Shown here in pieces: positions 9,887-21,152 of a stretch of 64,000 nucleotides of DNA (position 1 is its first letter; each line of letters opens with the position of its first letter). The stretch lies in contig OZ025738.1 of assembly GCA_964019335.1 (NCBI GenBank), forward strand, positions 338,772 to 402,771. Direction: 5' to 3'. The position numbers and the translations under genes were made by a program. The notes beneath the pieces are model-generated. The model did no database searches, was not told the origin of the DNA, and was given only the letters and a program-made list of their open reading frames with translations. Origin of the DNA: Diplonema japonicum (lineage: Eukaryota > Protista > Euglenozoa: Diplonemea).

Positions 9887-12173
9887 CTATACTATACACC
9901 GCAGCCACTTCCAAGTCTGCCAACCTTTTTTCGAACGAAACCTTTTTCTATTCCAGTTCCCTGCTTTGCAGTTTCCTTGGTGGCTGATAACTTGCTTGGC
10001 GTGTAGGTATGCTTTGCCAAATGCATTGGTCGTTGACCCGCACTTAACGCAGGACAGTGTGGAGGTGGTTGTAGCCTGTCGTGTCCTGACCTTCCCGTCG
10101 TAGCCTCTAGCCCTGCGGCTTCGTGGTTTCGTGACGCTTGGTTTGTTACGGCAGTGCCTTTCGTGCCATCGCATTCTCTTCGTGTTAAGGAGTACACCGT
10201 TCACATTTGTGTTCGTTCCACAGTACATGCATCTCGGGCCGCTCATTTTCTTGGTGCCGCCGCTTGTGGTGCTGGAGGTGTAGTCGTCTGTGTCTGCCTC
10301 CTCTTCCGTACTGCTGTTGTAGTAGTCCTCACTATTGCTGCTTTCATAACTCTCACTGCATACACTCCCGCTGTTTTCATCGCTGTTGCTGTAGCTGGAC
10401 CCGTTACTGTTCACCAGCCTCACCCCCTCTGGTAGGTTATTCCTCAAGAGCCAGGTAGATTCACTAGCGCTTCCCAAAACTACGGTTTCTAGATTTTCAC
10501 ACTCCGACAAAAAGCCCTGGCCGACGGTTTCAACATTGGACATCGAACTCAAGTCGATGGATTCTAATTCCTCGCACCCTGACATGAAGTCATTACCAAT
10601 GTCAGTTACATCCGCCATCGCACTCAAGTCGATGGTTTCTAGTGCAGTACATTGTGACATGAAGTCATTACCAATGAAGCTAAGGTCCGACATCCAACTC
10701 AAGTCGATGGTTTCTAGTGCAGTACATTGTGACATGAAGTCATTACCAATGAAGCTAAGGTCCGACATCCAACTCAAGTCGATGGTTTCTAGTGCAGTAC
10801 ATTGTGACATGAAGTCATTACCAATGAAGCTAAGGTCCGACATCCAACTCAAGTCGATGGTTTCTAGTGCAGTACATTGTGACATGAAGTCATTACCAAT
10901 GAAGCTAAGGTCCGACATCCAACTCAAGTCGATGGTTTCTAGTGCAGTACATTGTGACATGAAGTCATTACCAATGAAGCTAAGGTCCGACATCCAACTC
11001 AAGTCGATGGTTTCTAGTGCAGTACATTGTGACATGAAGTCATTACCAATGAAGCTAAGGTCCGACATCCAACTCAAGTCGATGGTTTCTAGTGCAGTAC
11101 ATTGTGACATGAAGTCATTACCAATGAAGCTAAGGTCCGACATCCAACTCAAGTCGATGGTTTCTAGTGCAGTACATTGTGACATGAAGTCATTACCAAT
11201 GAAGCTAAGGTCCGACATCCAACTCAAGTCGATGGTTTCTAGTGCAGTACATTGTGACATGAAGTCATTACCAATGAAGCTAAGGTCCGACATCCAACTC
11301 AAGTCGATGGTTTCTAGTGCAGTACATTGTGACATGAAGTCATTACCAATGAAGCTAAGGTCCGACATCCAACTCAAGTCGATGGTTTCTAGTGCAGTAC
11401 ATTGTGACATGAAGTCATTACCAATGAAGCTAAGGTCCGACATCCAACTCAAGTCGATGGTTTCTAGTGCAGTACATTGTGACATGAAGTCATTACCAAT
11501 GAAGCTAAGGTCCGACATCCAACTCAAGTCGATGGTTTCAAGTTTGTTGCACTGTGTCAGGAATTCATCGGAAATCAGAGAAAGATTGGTCATCGAAGTC
11601 AAGTCGATGGTTACTAGGTAGTTGCTCGCCCCCAAGAAGTAAGAACTAATGGAAGAAACATTGGGGAGGATGAGAGTGAGAGACATCAGGTAGCACCCAT
11701 AAAGAAAGTCATCGTCTATACTTGTAACACAACCTGTGGGGTCGGAGACAACGAGGGACCACAGCCCTTGAGGAAGGTCACTGCTCTCCATGGGACAAAA
11801 CTTCAACATCCCCCACCTCCACTTCCAAAATAAACTCTCTTCTGCACCGTAAGCTCAGAGCTGCCAGAAGCCCCTCAAGTTCCGTTCGGACTTCTGAGTT
11901 CTTTTCCTTCAGCTCCTTTAGCCTAACTGTTCTCTTATCCTCGGCCTCTGCCTCCGCATAGACCACGGAGCCCTCCACGAGCTCAAGTTGCTGAAGCTCT
12001 TCACCGCCGAACCTATCCAGGACCTCACCCTCCCAAACCAGTTTGAACCTGCCTAGGAGGATGCCAGCAGCGCACGCCGCCTTCTTGTACAGGCTCCCCA
12101 CCGTCTCCTTCCCCGACACTTCCACATCGTGAGCCTCGCCTCCCGCATTCACAAACACCGTTATTTCGTCCAT
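9887..12173 (-). CDS. UBL + LRR protein with a perfect 24-aa repeat array, Ser/acidic linker and C-terminal CxxC…H…C zinc-finger-like motifs; one apparent +1 frameshift near 11793
   Basis: MDEITVFVNAGG (12173) aligns to the family up to 'VEVLS'; an extra C (TCCCATG) shifts into ORF 9887-11809 'MESSDLPQGL'. C-terminus has 'CMYCG…WHERHC' and 'CVKCG…HQGNC'. Confidence 0.75.
10622..11539. repeat. Perfect 72-bp coding tandem repeat, about 12-13 units
   Basis: Unit aactcaagtcgatggtttctagtgcagtacattgtgacatgaagtcattaccaatgaagctaaggtccgacatcc encodes LETIDLSWMSDLSFIGNDFMSQCTA. Confidence 0.97.
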
Positions 12174-12302
12174 CTTTACGCCTATTTCTTTTGAATAACT
12201 GAGCCGTGTAAACAATCTTTTTAAAAACGGAAGGACTAATTTTCTTTTTGGAGATCAATGGAAAGAAATACAAAGAAGAAGAAGCAGAAGAAAAAAATAT
12301 AT

Positions 12303-12621
12303 GAGTTAAAGGAGGCCGGTGTTGGCGGCGCCCTGCACAAGAACTGTCTACTTGATTACAGGGGGCGCGCCGCGGCCGAGTTGTAGCTTCTTCTGCGTTC
12401 CGCGTCGTGTCCTTAATGCGTGCGGTGTACAGCTCAACCCCAGCCGGTGCGTCCCGGGTAACCAAGATTCTGCGCTCGTGCAGTTTGCTGCCTGTTCGTC
12501 ACCCTGAGCATCTGCATTATGTTCTTCCACTCGGGCGCTACCGGTGATGACCGACGAGGAGGTCAACAGCGAACAACACATCTGATGTTTTTCTTATATT
12601 TTCATGTTATCCCCACCACCT
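12303..12621 (-). repeat. Dispersed repeat 'Z', copy 2 (most CpG-intact)
   Basis: Matches 555-865 and, in reverse complement, the 57.3-59.1 kb copies. Confidence 0.85.
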
Positions 12622-12804
12622 AAAATATGTTGTAACCTGTGGCAACAGGTGGAGGGGGTCTGTGCTCTAATCGGTGGTGGTCGAGATTTTCGTGCCGAGC
12701 GTGTTCTTGCCGAGGAGTTCGCTCGGTGTTCTTCGCCTGTAGTTCTGCTGCTTTTATCACTGTTCGAGTGCCTTTTGCAGGTTTTTTGTGTGCAGGCGTG
12801 TCGC

Positions 12805-13110
12805 CACTTCTGAGTTCTTGTCCTTCAGATCTTTCAGAACGGTTCTCATCTGCGCCTCTTCATGTCGATGGTTTCTACGTTGTCTTCCACCTCCACATGG
12901 ACCACGGAGCCCTCCACGAGGGCAAGTTGCTGAACCTCCTCACCGCCGTTCTTGTCAAGGACCTCACCCTCCCATATCAGTTTGAACTTGCCCCGGTGTA
13001 AATCAGCAGCACACCCCGCCTTCTTGTACAGGATCCCCACCGTCTCCTTCCCCGACTTCCACATCGTGAACCCCGCCTCCCGTCTTCACGAACACTGTCA
13101 TATCGTTCAT
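12805..13110 (-). pseudogene. Truncated, frameshifted UBL-only fragment of the UBL-LRR family
   Basis: ATG AAC GAT ATG at 13110; 2-nt deletion in the 'VEVSGKET' codons; homology to the family stops near 12805. Confidence 0.8.
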
Positions 13111-13183
13111 CCCTTGTGTTTCTGAGTATCATTTAATTTATATGCACCGTTCAAAAGAGAGATTTAAAGAAGAAAGACGGTGT

Positions 13184-13214
<31 letters not shown>

Positions 13215-13715
13215 GGGGGGGGGCGGGGGGGCGGGGGGGATCATGATGGTACACAACCCGACGTAACACATAAAAAAGAAGAGGTTTATTTTATAAAAAG
13301 AAAAGAAAAACGAGCATGTTTAGCATAAAAAGTAGAAAGGAGAAAAAAGAAAACGGTTTTGCAATCTTCAAGTGTCGGCCGGTGCCCAACGTCAAGCCGC
13401 ATCGTTTCGCGCACACGAAGACCCGGCTTGAAGGTTAGCAAAAAGAAGAAAAAAAAAAAAAGAGACATTTAAGGGTACCTGCGGTATGTGGCAGGCAAGA
13501 AAAAGAAAACGAGAAAAAGGAAATACGTTTTTTTTTGCCACCAATAAAAAAAAGAAAAAAAGAAATAACACTTTGGGTGGCATGTTTTAAATACAGGAGG
13601 AGAGGAAATCAAGTACAAGGGGAAAAAAAGAGGGGGGGAGAAAGGGGAAAAAAAGGCCCCCCCCAAGGCTATGCTGGCATTTCCTTAAAATGCCAGCATA
13701 GTCTCTCCCCCCCCC

Positions 13716-16700
13716 TCACCATTCATCATCATACTCGAAAACAGCTTTCTCACCGTCAAGCACTTCAAGCTTCTGGTAGTACACAGATTCATCCATTGCG
13801 TCAAGAGTGCATGCTGCTTCTGTAGCCACTACTCCACATGAATCATTGATGAATCTCTTAACGAGCTCCCCGATACTTGGCTCTGCAGCAGAGGGGTTAC
13901 AGTACTTGATATATTTCAGCATAACACACTTCTCGTTGTCAGATGGTTCACCCCCGTCATCCATCTCCGCTATCATCTCCCTGCACAGCCTGGGTAGTGC
14001 TTCCTTCTTCAACCCCGACAGTGCAATCTCAGTGGCTGGGCCATGCTCGAGGATCTCTGCTATTTTTTTCAACGCGGGTCCTTCACTGCGTTCATCCTTA
14101 TGGGCTGCCCAATGGTTGGAGATAAGCTGGACAGAAGCGGCTACCCCGCCAGGAGCCTGTACTAGCACGTCAATAGCTTTGCCGTATTCAGTCTTGTCAA
14201 GGGCTGTCTCGCCGTTTGCCATCAGTCCTGAAAGAGCGGTTCGCAACTCTTTAAGCTTGCGTAGGTCCTTCCCAGCTGCCACTTCAGCTATCTGCTCCAC
14301 CTTGTGCTTGCAGATCTTTGCGAACAAACCGGGATGTGCAGCTGTGAGTGTTCTGATCATGTCACACTGTAAGGGTGCGTCGGTGCAGTCCTGCATGGCG
14401 TGGATCACACCTTCCGAGTCGCTTGGGGAGACATTCGCAGACGGGTTGCACTTCAGCATCATGAACCATTTGCGAAGCACGGTGAGCACCTTCTCCTTCA
14501 AGGTCTGTACGTTGTAGAAGGACGCCACAAGTCCAGCAAGGCCGTCAGTCGCGCACATCGGCCAGTATTCGGTGTTGAGGGTCTTCACGCCATTGGTACC
14601 CGCCAGTGTGTCGAGCATTTGGCCGGCAATGTAGATGTTCTCGTCTGTTCTTGTCTCCGAGATTGACATAACACGTCCCCACAGAGACGGGAGCTTCTTC
14701 AGCGAAGACGATGTCACCAGCGAGCAGATGAGCGCTACCTTTGTCGAGGCGAAGACCACGTCTTCCTTCCCTTCCTCGTCACTCTCACCGTCAGACACCA
14801 TTACCCAGCTGCCCTGCTGCTTCCACTCCTGTTCCACAAAGTACAATGCCTGCTCGGGGTGCAGCAGTTTGATGCAGCACCTCCCAAGCTGGGACCTCGC
14901 TGATGCCCTCGTCTCTTTCCTCCCCAAGACCTTCCGCAAGACTTCACAAGCGTCAGTGGGGGAAATGCATCTTAGTGCCGCTGCGGTCGACGGGATTGCT
15001 ACCTTGCTAGCCACACCTTGGTCAATGTGCGCTGTGAGCACTTCCAGGACTCCGTGTGTGTCATCGTGTGCCCTGAGCGCAAGCAGAAGTTCCAAGCAAA
15101 GCTGCGCCGACCGTGAACCTTTCAGGATGCCCTCCGTCAGTTTGTCAGACTTCTTCACGTTGTGCTTTTCCTCTTCGGTCAGCTTTCTCACGGCCTCTCT
15201 GTCGGCGATGGTTTGTGCGAAAAACTTATTAAACGGGTGCTCAGCCGATGTCACAGGAGGCATCCGCGGTGCTGAGGGCATTGCAGCCCCGAGCCACAGC
15301 CTCCTTGCCTTCATTCGATGACCATCCGCCTCAGAAGAGATTCCTGCCATGTTCTCATATGAGGCTTGCTCACGGAAGAGCGCACCGGACTTGATGTCAA
15401 AGGCATAGGGTATGATCCAGTTGTCCCAGAGGTACTGCTGCACTGATGGGGGCAGGGTGTGCACGTACCACTTGACATCTGTGGTCTGCCCACCAAATCT
15501 GGCAATGGACACACCATCGACTAAGGCAGGGAGAGCGATCGTTTGGATCCTGTCCTTCATCAAACTCTTCACGTCCTCCGGGTGGTACCTAAACACGTAT
15601 GACTGGAAAGTCGTGCTGTGCTCGAAGACGTCAGCAGGCGAGCAACTCCCCAGCCCCTTTTTCAGCAGCATAGATACCCTCCGCTTCCTTTTGTGGAAAG
15701 GCCCCAGGTAGTTATTCACAGCGTTTTCTACGTTCGCATTTATAACATGTTTCGCCATGAAGGCCTCAAGCTCCGGGCAGTCCCACAGTTGGCTGAAGTC
15801 GTGATGAGTGGTAGGGCTGTTCCTTAAAGCCGTGTACAGGGCTTTGATGGTGGTGTGCTTGGTTTTTGAAACGATCGGCGAGCTCATTAGTCGTTTCAGC
15901 ATAGATGTGATGTAATAAGTCTCTTGAATGACAACTTTTTCCATCAGCCTGGCAACTGGAAGGCCCCAGTTCGGTGAATCCTTGGCTCTGTCGGCGCAGT
16001 GCCTCTTTTTCAGTGCAATAGACGCCTTTCGGCGTGCGGCTGCAGTTCCTCGTTGAAACCTAAACCTGTTCCGCTTGTAGAACGTGGGTGCATGCGTGTG
16101 GCAGCGTTGAATGCGCCTTTCATCGAGGTAAGCAACGTGCTTGGGATCGCAGAACTCAGCCAGTTCGATAACACGCCCTTCGCTCGCTCTGGGGTTCACG
16201 TGTTCCACAGCAAACTTGAAGACATCCTTCGTGTGTTCATCAGGGTGCCTCATGCTGTGGATCAATTCAGCTGTGAAGTTTGTGCTGTACCTCGTATCCA
16301 CTGTGTAAACCGCACTAAGCTTGATGATGCCCTTTATCCCAACATCCAGCTTGGGCATGTACCTCAGGTTGTCGACTAGGTACTTCCTGAAGATGTTTCG
16401 AGTTTGAGGCCAGTCAAATTCCGCTTTTTTACTCTGTCTTCCCATTTCAGAGTAGACGCTGCAGGCCTCGTCGAGCAGCGGTTGGTAGAATTGCAGGTAT
16501 CTCTGGACGGCGTACGTGATTTTCGCGTCCTTCCCGAGCTTCTTCTTGTAGTCACATTCTGTGATCGGAAGCTTCTCAAGGTATGAGGAGACCGCCTCAC
16601 AGATCTTCAAGGGCAGCTCTCTTGCTTTTTTAAGTCCGGCAAGTGCTTTCGCACACATGTCCCTCCAGAACCCCCAACCACTGATCGTCTCGAAGGGTTC

Positions 16701-18842
16701 ATTGAGCCACCTAGTGCTGAGAGTGTAGGTCATCGTTGTGGTTTCGACAAGTGATTTTGCGCAGTCTGCGAGCTGCGGGACAGCAAGAATGAACTCTGCA
16801 CCGGCGTCTGCAATGAGGCCTTTAAACAAGCTAAAGTTGGTCAGATCGATGACCTCCGACGCCTTCAGGTCGTTATGGCGTTTTACCTCGTCCGTGCTAA
16901 CTGCCGTGCACTTGTGAAACGCCTCCTTCGCATACTTCACCATCTGCATCCCAACAGACGCGTAACCCTTGTCATTCAGCTTATGCGACATGGCAGCCTT
17001 GTTGTAAGCGCTCAATATCTGTCGGGCAGTCTGCACCTCCGCCTTCTGCATCCTTGTAAGAACACCTTCACTAAAATCCAGTATGGCGTTGGTCTTTACG
17101 TAAGTCAGTACTCTGTAATGGACAAACGCGGAGGCGGCCCAATAAGCCCAGGAGTTCATCCAGTCGCCCGCACCCCATCGCAGGCAAAGGCTGAAGAGCT
17201 CCTCCAAATGCTGGACGGACTCTGTCTCGAAATTCAAGTAAGGTGTCTCCTCCAGCAGGCACTTTACAACTGGTGTCGTCACGGCGGCTTCTTCTTTTGC
17301 GATACGCATGATGACCCAACTCATGACAGGGATTAGACGGTTGGTTTTCTTTGGGGACTTCGCTGAGGATCTTATCAGAGCCGACAGCACAGCGATTCTC
17401 TCGCTTGGCTCGCGTGTGTTCGCAAGTGCTTTCAGCGGTTCCTCGGACTTTTCGATATCCATGCCCTCGTACGCGGATAGCTTTGTGAAGATGTCGAGCT
17501 CCGAGAAGGCGTCCGAGGCAGCCCACTCATCGAGCACCCGCACCACCACATTGCGTGCCAGCATGCTCCTGCATTCCGAATGGTTCTTCACAATCTCGCC
17601 CACTACTTCTGCATGCTCGACCTGCCTTGCGAAGCGACTCAACGCCACCCTGAGCATACCATCTTTACACTTTTTGACATTAATTCTGCGAGCACGCATC
17701 TGGTCTGCCACAAGGGCATCCACTCTTTCCTGCGAAGGGTTGAAGACCCACTCGTCCTCTTTTGCCTGTGTCACCAGTTTGTCGAATTCGAAGACGCTGT
17801 CTTTGTCGGTGTACGAGGATACCAGGTCGGTGATGGTATCAGAGATCTTCTGCGATGAGCAGCGGCTCTTCAGCAGCTTTATCAGCAGTAAGACAATTGT
17901 CTCGATGTCCTTGTCATTGGGAACGGCAGCCGGAGCGCAACAGCAATGGGCGATCACTCCCAGACCTAGCTGTCGGTGCTCGTGGTTGTACATCACCTTC
18001 TTGAAGCACCATGCGAGCGCGGCAGACAGCGTGCCAATATTCTTGAAGACCTGTAGCACTTCTTGAGGGCGGTGGCGGACCAGCGGCCTCGACAGGAACC
18101 AAACTCCTCTGGAACTGTTTCTTTGCTTTTCGAGGATCCCGACCATCTCGTCGGGGTGCGATGCAGCCAGCTCCCTCGACGACCTGTACCACCTGAAGTC
18201 GAAGTCCGTCTCCTTGCCAAGCATCTCCAGCAGCACGTCAGGGTACTTCTTCGCCAGTGACTGGTAGATATTTTCCAAGTCGATCCTTTTAAAGATGAAG
18301 CTCTTTATCAAAGGAGGAAAGGTAGAGCCGGGTTTGGGCTCCAGCTTCACAAGTTTTGCCAGCTTGGGAAGCCAGCTACGCACAAGCTCCTTGTGAGCAG
18401 GTGTTGTAGTTGCTCGGCGGAGGACCAGCAAAGCAAGCCAAGTGCCACCCAGAACAGAATTCTCTTGGATGGTTTGCAGGATGGCATCATTGGCGTGTAC
18501 CAAGGTACGCACAATAACAGATTTCAGCTGCAATGGGGTGTCTTGGTGTAGAAGGATTTCTCCGACCTGAGGCTGGTCGAACTTAGCCAGGGCCTGCACT
18601 GCACGTGCCCTCAGGACCCAGGATTTGCTCTTCGTAGCCACCTTCCCCAAGGTAGCCCCGTCCTTTTTTGTCATTGCCGCTACGATCGCGTACATCCCCA
18701 GCCATGGCGATAGCTTATCATCAGCTAGCTCCTTCAGGAAAGCGTCCACATCTTCACCGCCCTTCGCTGCCAGCACCGCCGCCTGTCGCATCCTATTATC
18801 GTGGTGGTCCTGATTCAGCAGCACCTCTGTAATAGAAGGCAT
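13716..18842 (-). CDS. Large (~1708 aa) hypothetical protein, probably alpha-helical (HEAT/ARM-like)
   Basis: Uninterrupted 5.1 kb ORF. Likely start MPSITEVLL at 18842, downstream of a pyrimidine tract; L/A/K/E-rich; no catalytic motif recognised. Confidence 0.85.
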   Translation of the reverse strand: MPSITEVLLNQDHHDNRMRQAAVLAAKGGEDVDAFLKELADDKLSPWLGMYAIVAAMTKKDGATLGKVATKSKSWVLRARAVQALAKFDQPQVGEILLHQDTPLQLKSVIVRTLVHANDAILQTIQENSVLGGTWLALLVLRRATTTPAHKELVRSWLPKLAKLVKLEPKPGSTFPPLIKSFIFKRIDLENIYQSLAKKYPDVLLEMLGKETDFDFRWYRSSRELAASHPDEMVGILEKQRNSSRGVWFLSRPLVRHRPQEVLQVFKNIGTLSAALAWCFKKVMYNHEHRQLGLGVIAHCCCAPAAVPNDKDIETIVLLLIKLLKSRCSSQKISDTITDLVSSYTDKDSVFEFDKLVTQAKEDEWVFNPSQERVDALVADQMRARRINVKKCKDGMLRVALSRFARQVEHAEVVGEIVKNHSECRSMLARNVVVRVLDEWAASDAFSELDIFTKLSAYEGMDIEKSEEPLKALANTREPSERIAVLSALIRSSAKSPKKTNRLIPVMSWVIMRIAKEEAAVTTPVVKCLLEETPYLNFETESVQHLEELFSLCLRWGAGDWMNSWAYWAASAFVHYRVLTYVKTNAILDFSEGVLTRMQKAEVQTARQILSAYNKAAMSHKLNDKGYASVGMQMVKYAKEAFHKCTAVSTDEVKRHNDLKASEVIDLTNFSLFKGLIADAGAEFILAVPQLADCAKSLVETTTMTYTLSTRWLNEPFETISGWGFWRDMCAKALAGLKKARELPLKICEAVSSYLEKLPITECDYKKKLGKDAKITYAVQRYLQFYQPLLDEACSVYSEMGRQSKKAEFDWPQTRNIFRKYLVDNLRYMPKLDVGIKGIIKLSAVYTVDTRYSTNFTAELIHSMRHPDEHTKDVFKFAVEHVNPRASEGRVIELAEFCDPKHVAYLDERRIQRCHTHAPTFYKRNRFRFQRGTAAARRKASIALKKRHCADRAKDSPNWGLPVARLMEKVVIQETYYITSMLKRLMSSPIVSKTKHTTIKALYTALRNSPTTHHDFSQLWDCPELEAFMAKHVINANVENAVNNYLGPFHKRKRRVSMLLKKGLGSCSPADVFEHSTTFQSYVFRYHPEDVKSLMKDRIQTIALPALVDGVSIARFGGQTTDVKWYVHTLPPSVQQYLWDNWIIPYAFDIKSGALFREQASYENMAGISSEADGHRMKARRLWLGAAMPSAPRMPPVTSAEHPFNKFFAQTIADREAVRKLTEEEKHNVKKSDKLTEGILKGSRSAQLCLELLLALRAHDDTHGVLEVLTAHIDQGVASKVAIPSTAAALRCISPTDACEVLRKVLGRKETRASARSQLGRCCIKLLHPEQALYFVEQEWKQQGSWVMVSDGESDEEGKEDVVFASTKVALICSLVTSSSLKKLPSLWGRVMSISETRTDENIYIAGQMLDTLAGTNGVKTLNTEYWPMCATDGLAGLVASFYNVQTLKEKVLTVLRKWFMMLKCNPSANVSPSDSEGVIHAMQDCTDAPLQCDMIRTLTAAHPGLFAKICKHKVEQIAEVAAGKDLRKLKELRTALSGLMANGETALDKTEYGKAIDVLVQAPGGVAASVQLISNHWAAHKDERSEGPALKKIAEILEHGPATEIALSGLKKEALPRLCREMIAEMDDGGEPSDNEKCVMLKYIKYCNPSAAEPSIGELVKRFINDSCGVVATEAACTLDAMDESVYYQKLEVLDGEKAVFEYDDEW

Positions 18843-19457
18843 TTTCCCGCGAGTTTTCCTTTTTCTGTAAGGGGGAGAGTTTGTGTGGTCAGTTATTTTA
18901 TGTTGAAAAGAAGAAGTAAAAAAAAAAAAAAAAAAAAAAAAAAGAAAAAGAAAAGATGTCTTTGAAGGGAACCTGCAGTATATGACAGGATCGCCTAACG
19001 AAAGAAAATGACAGCTTTTTTTTTTAACTTGTAGGAAGTACCAAAGAAAAAAAGGGTGTAAGTCGATCACCTGAATCAAAAGAAGGGATGCGCTTTTCGC
19101 ACTACGCGAACAGGCCTTTTTCTTTTGTAGGAATCTCGAAAAACGAACTAAACTTCTGCCCCTTTCTTTTTTTCTTTTCACACGTTTTAAAAATCGCGCA
19201 GCGTGCAGTTGCCAAAAACGTGAGAAAAGAGGAATTTCACGAGCCATCGGGGACATTTTGTACATGCAAGATCATGCACACACATGCAGTTTAGTATGGA
19301 AAAAGGAATTGTCAAGAGCGTTCGATGCAAATAGAATTCCCTAAAAAAAGATTTGTTTTTTTAAGTTCATAGGGCTAGGTTTGGCTAAGGTTACTAGTTA
19401 AAACCAGTTTTTTTCCCCCCGTGTAAAAGCCCACCATATCAAACTAGGACACGCGTG

Positions 19458-21152
19458 TCAACGTCCCCCCCCCCCCCCCCCCCCCCCCCCCTTGACGCCC
19501 ATGACGGCTTCAGTTATCTCAGCAGTCAGGTTGGTGTTTTTAAGGCGCTTGCTGACCTCCAAAGCCTCTTCGAAGTGCGAAAGTGCTGCGGAAGAATCCC
19601 CTAAATTCTCATAAACTCCCCCCACCGCTAGCAAGTACTCGGCCACACTATCATCACCCCCCTCCGGGTACAGCCTCTTCACTATACCCAACGCTTTCTT
19701 TTGATGCTCAAGACAATCGGACAGTCCCACATGGGCAAGTCCTATCTTGTGGTGTATATTTGCAATGCTGAGATGGTCGGAGGGAAAATGTTTTTCGTAT
19801 GTGTCCAATGCTTTCTGATAGCATGTCAGAGCAGAGTCGTTGTTGTCGCTGTCGGTGAACCTGTCCCCCATTCTGCAGAGATACCCAGCAGTGTCCTTTG
19901 TGCCGGTACCAGTTGGGTGTGACTTTCGCTCTATTTCAAGTGCTTTCGTGTAATAGCCCAGTGAGGTGTCCGTGCACTCACAACAGTCCCCGATATTGCA
20001 GAGAACATCAGCGATCTCGGCGTAATGGTCACCTGTAGGCTGTGCTCTGTACACATCTAAGGCTTCCTCGTAATATTCTCGTGCTGAGGCGAGGTCGCCC
20101 TCCTGCTCGGAGCACCACCCCAAGTTGTATAAGTACGTGGCGCAGGTTGGAAGGTCTCGCGGGTTCAGCATCCTCTCGACCAACAGAGCTTTTTGAAACG
20201 GCTCCATCGCCGTAAGGAAGCTGCCCATGTCGCACAGGCAGTTTCCTAGCTTGTTGAAGATCGACGGCATGGCCTCGAAGTTTTTCCTTTCCGAGTGTTC
20301 CATGAGGGCTTCGGTGAGGTACTCTACAGCGGGGGGATATTCTTTTTTGCCTTCGTGCCAGAGTGCCAAGCTGCAAAGGTGCGGAGCAGTTGGTTTGTTA
20401 AGCCGTTTCGCTATGTCGACTGCTTCTTGGTAGTGGTGACGGGCGATGTCGGCCCCCGGTGGGTGGGTATCACCGAGACGCTGCAGCCAGGCAGGCAGGA
20501 GTTTGTGTTGTGAAGAACATTTTTTTAACATTTTCGTCGACGTGGTGAAGTGTTCGATCGCGGCGTCCTTGTTTTGCCTGTTCACATACACCTCACCAAT
20601 GCCTTGCAGGCAGAACGCAAGCTGCTCGTGAGTCCCGCTGAGCTCGCCCCATACCTCCATCGCCATCCTCAGGTGCTGCAGTGCTGTTTCGTCATGTGCC
20701 ATGTTCTTGTTGTCCCGTGCTTCCATAATGCATGCATCACCTATGGATAGGTGGACCGCGGCCACTTTGTACTTGTATGTTCGTTTCATGATGTTTTGCT
20801 TTGTGGTGAATTGAGTCTCTAGTAATCTTTGCTCGAGGTCGTAGTTGGTGTCGGCACTTTGCAGTTCTTTTTCGAGCCGCTTGAGTTTCTGAGTGAAGGC
20901 GTCCATAACCTTCGGAATAACCTTTAGCTCGCTCATGTCTTCCAAAGGGAGGTACATCACTTGTGTGTCATCTTCCAGCTCCTCGTCTTCAAACGACAGT
21001 GCGAATGTGTCAGCATGTATTTGGGTCTCTAGTGCGAATTTCTCTTTTAGATCTTTCACTTTTTCGGTTCCTTCTGCATCCACCGCAATGGTGCCTGCCG
21101 AGCCAGATATCTGAAGGGAAACAGAGGTCACCTTGCGCTTTCGTTCCGCCAT
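19458..21152 (-). CDS. UBL + TPR-repeat protein
   Basis: UBL-like 'VDAEGTEKVKDLKEKF…LSFEDEELEDD…LPLEDMSELKV'; TPRs 'YLYNLGWC…GDLASAREYYEEAL', 'IANIHHKIG'. Extreme C-terminus depends on a poly-C run. Confidence 0.88.
   Translation of the reverse strand: MAERKRKVTSVSLQISGSAGTIAVDAEGTEKVKDLKEKFALETQIHADTFALSFEDEELEDDTQVMYLPLEDMSELKVIPKVMDAFTQKLKRLEKELQSADTNYDLEQRLLETQFTTKQNIMKRTYKYKVAAVHLSIGDACIMEARDNKNMAHDETALQHLRMAMEVWGELSGTHEQLAFCLQGIGEVYVNRQNKDAAIEHFTTSTKMLKKCSSQHKLLPAWLQRLGDTHPPGADIARHHYQEAVDIAKRLNKPTAPHLCSLALWHEGKKEYPPAVEYLTEALMEHSERKNFEAMPSIFNKLGNCLCDMGSFLTAMEPFQKALLVERMLNPRDLPTCATYLYNLGWCSEQEGDLASAREYYEEALDVYRAQPTGDHYAEIADVLCNIGDCCECTDTSLGYYTKALEIERKSHPTGTGTKDTAGYLCRMGDRFTDSDNNDSALTCYQKALDTYEKHFPSDHLSIANIHHKIGLAHVGLSDCLEHQKKALGIVKRLYPEGGDDSVAEYLLAVGGVYENLGDSSAALSHFEEALEVSKRLKNTNLTAEITEAVMGVKGGGGGGGGGR

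Noticed and set aside
10536-11621. 361-aa plus-strand ORF; also considered as a CRISPR-like array
   Set aside because: Antisense shadow of the LRR repeat; units are contiguous with no unique spacers and no cas genes are present
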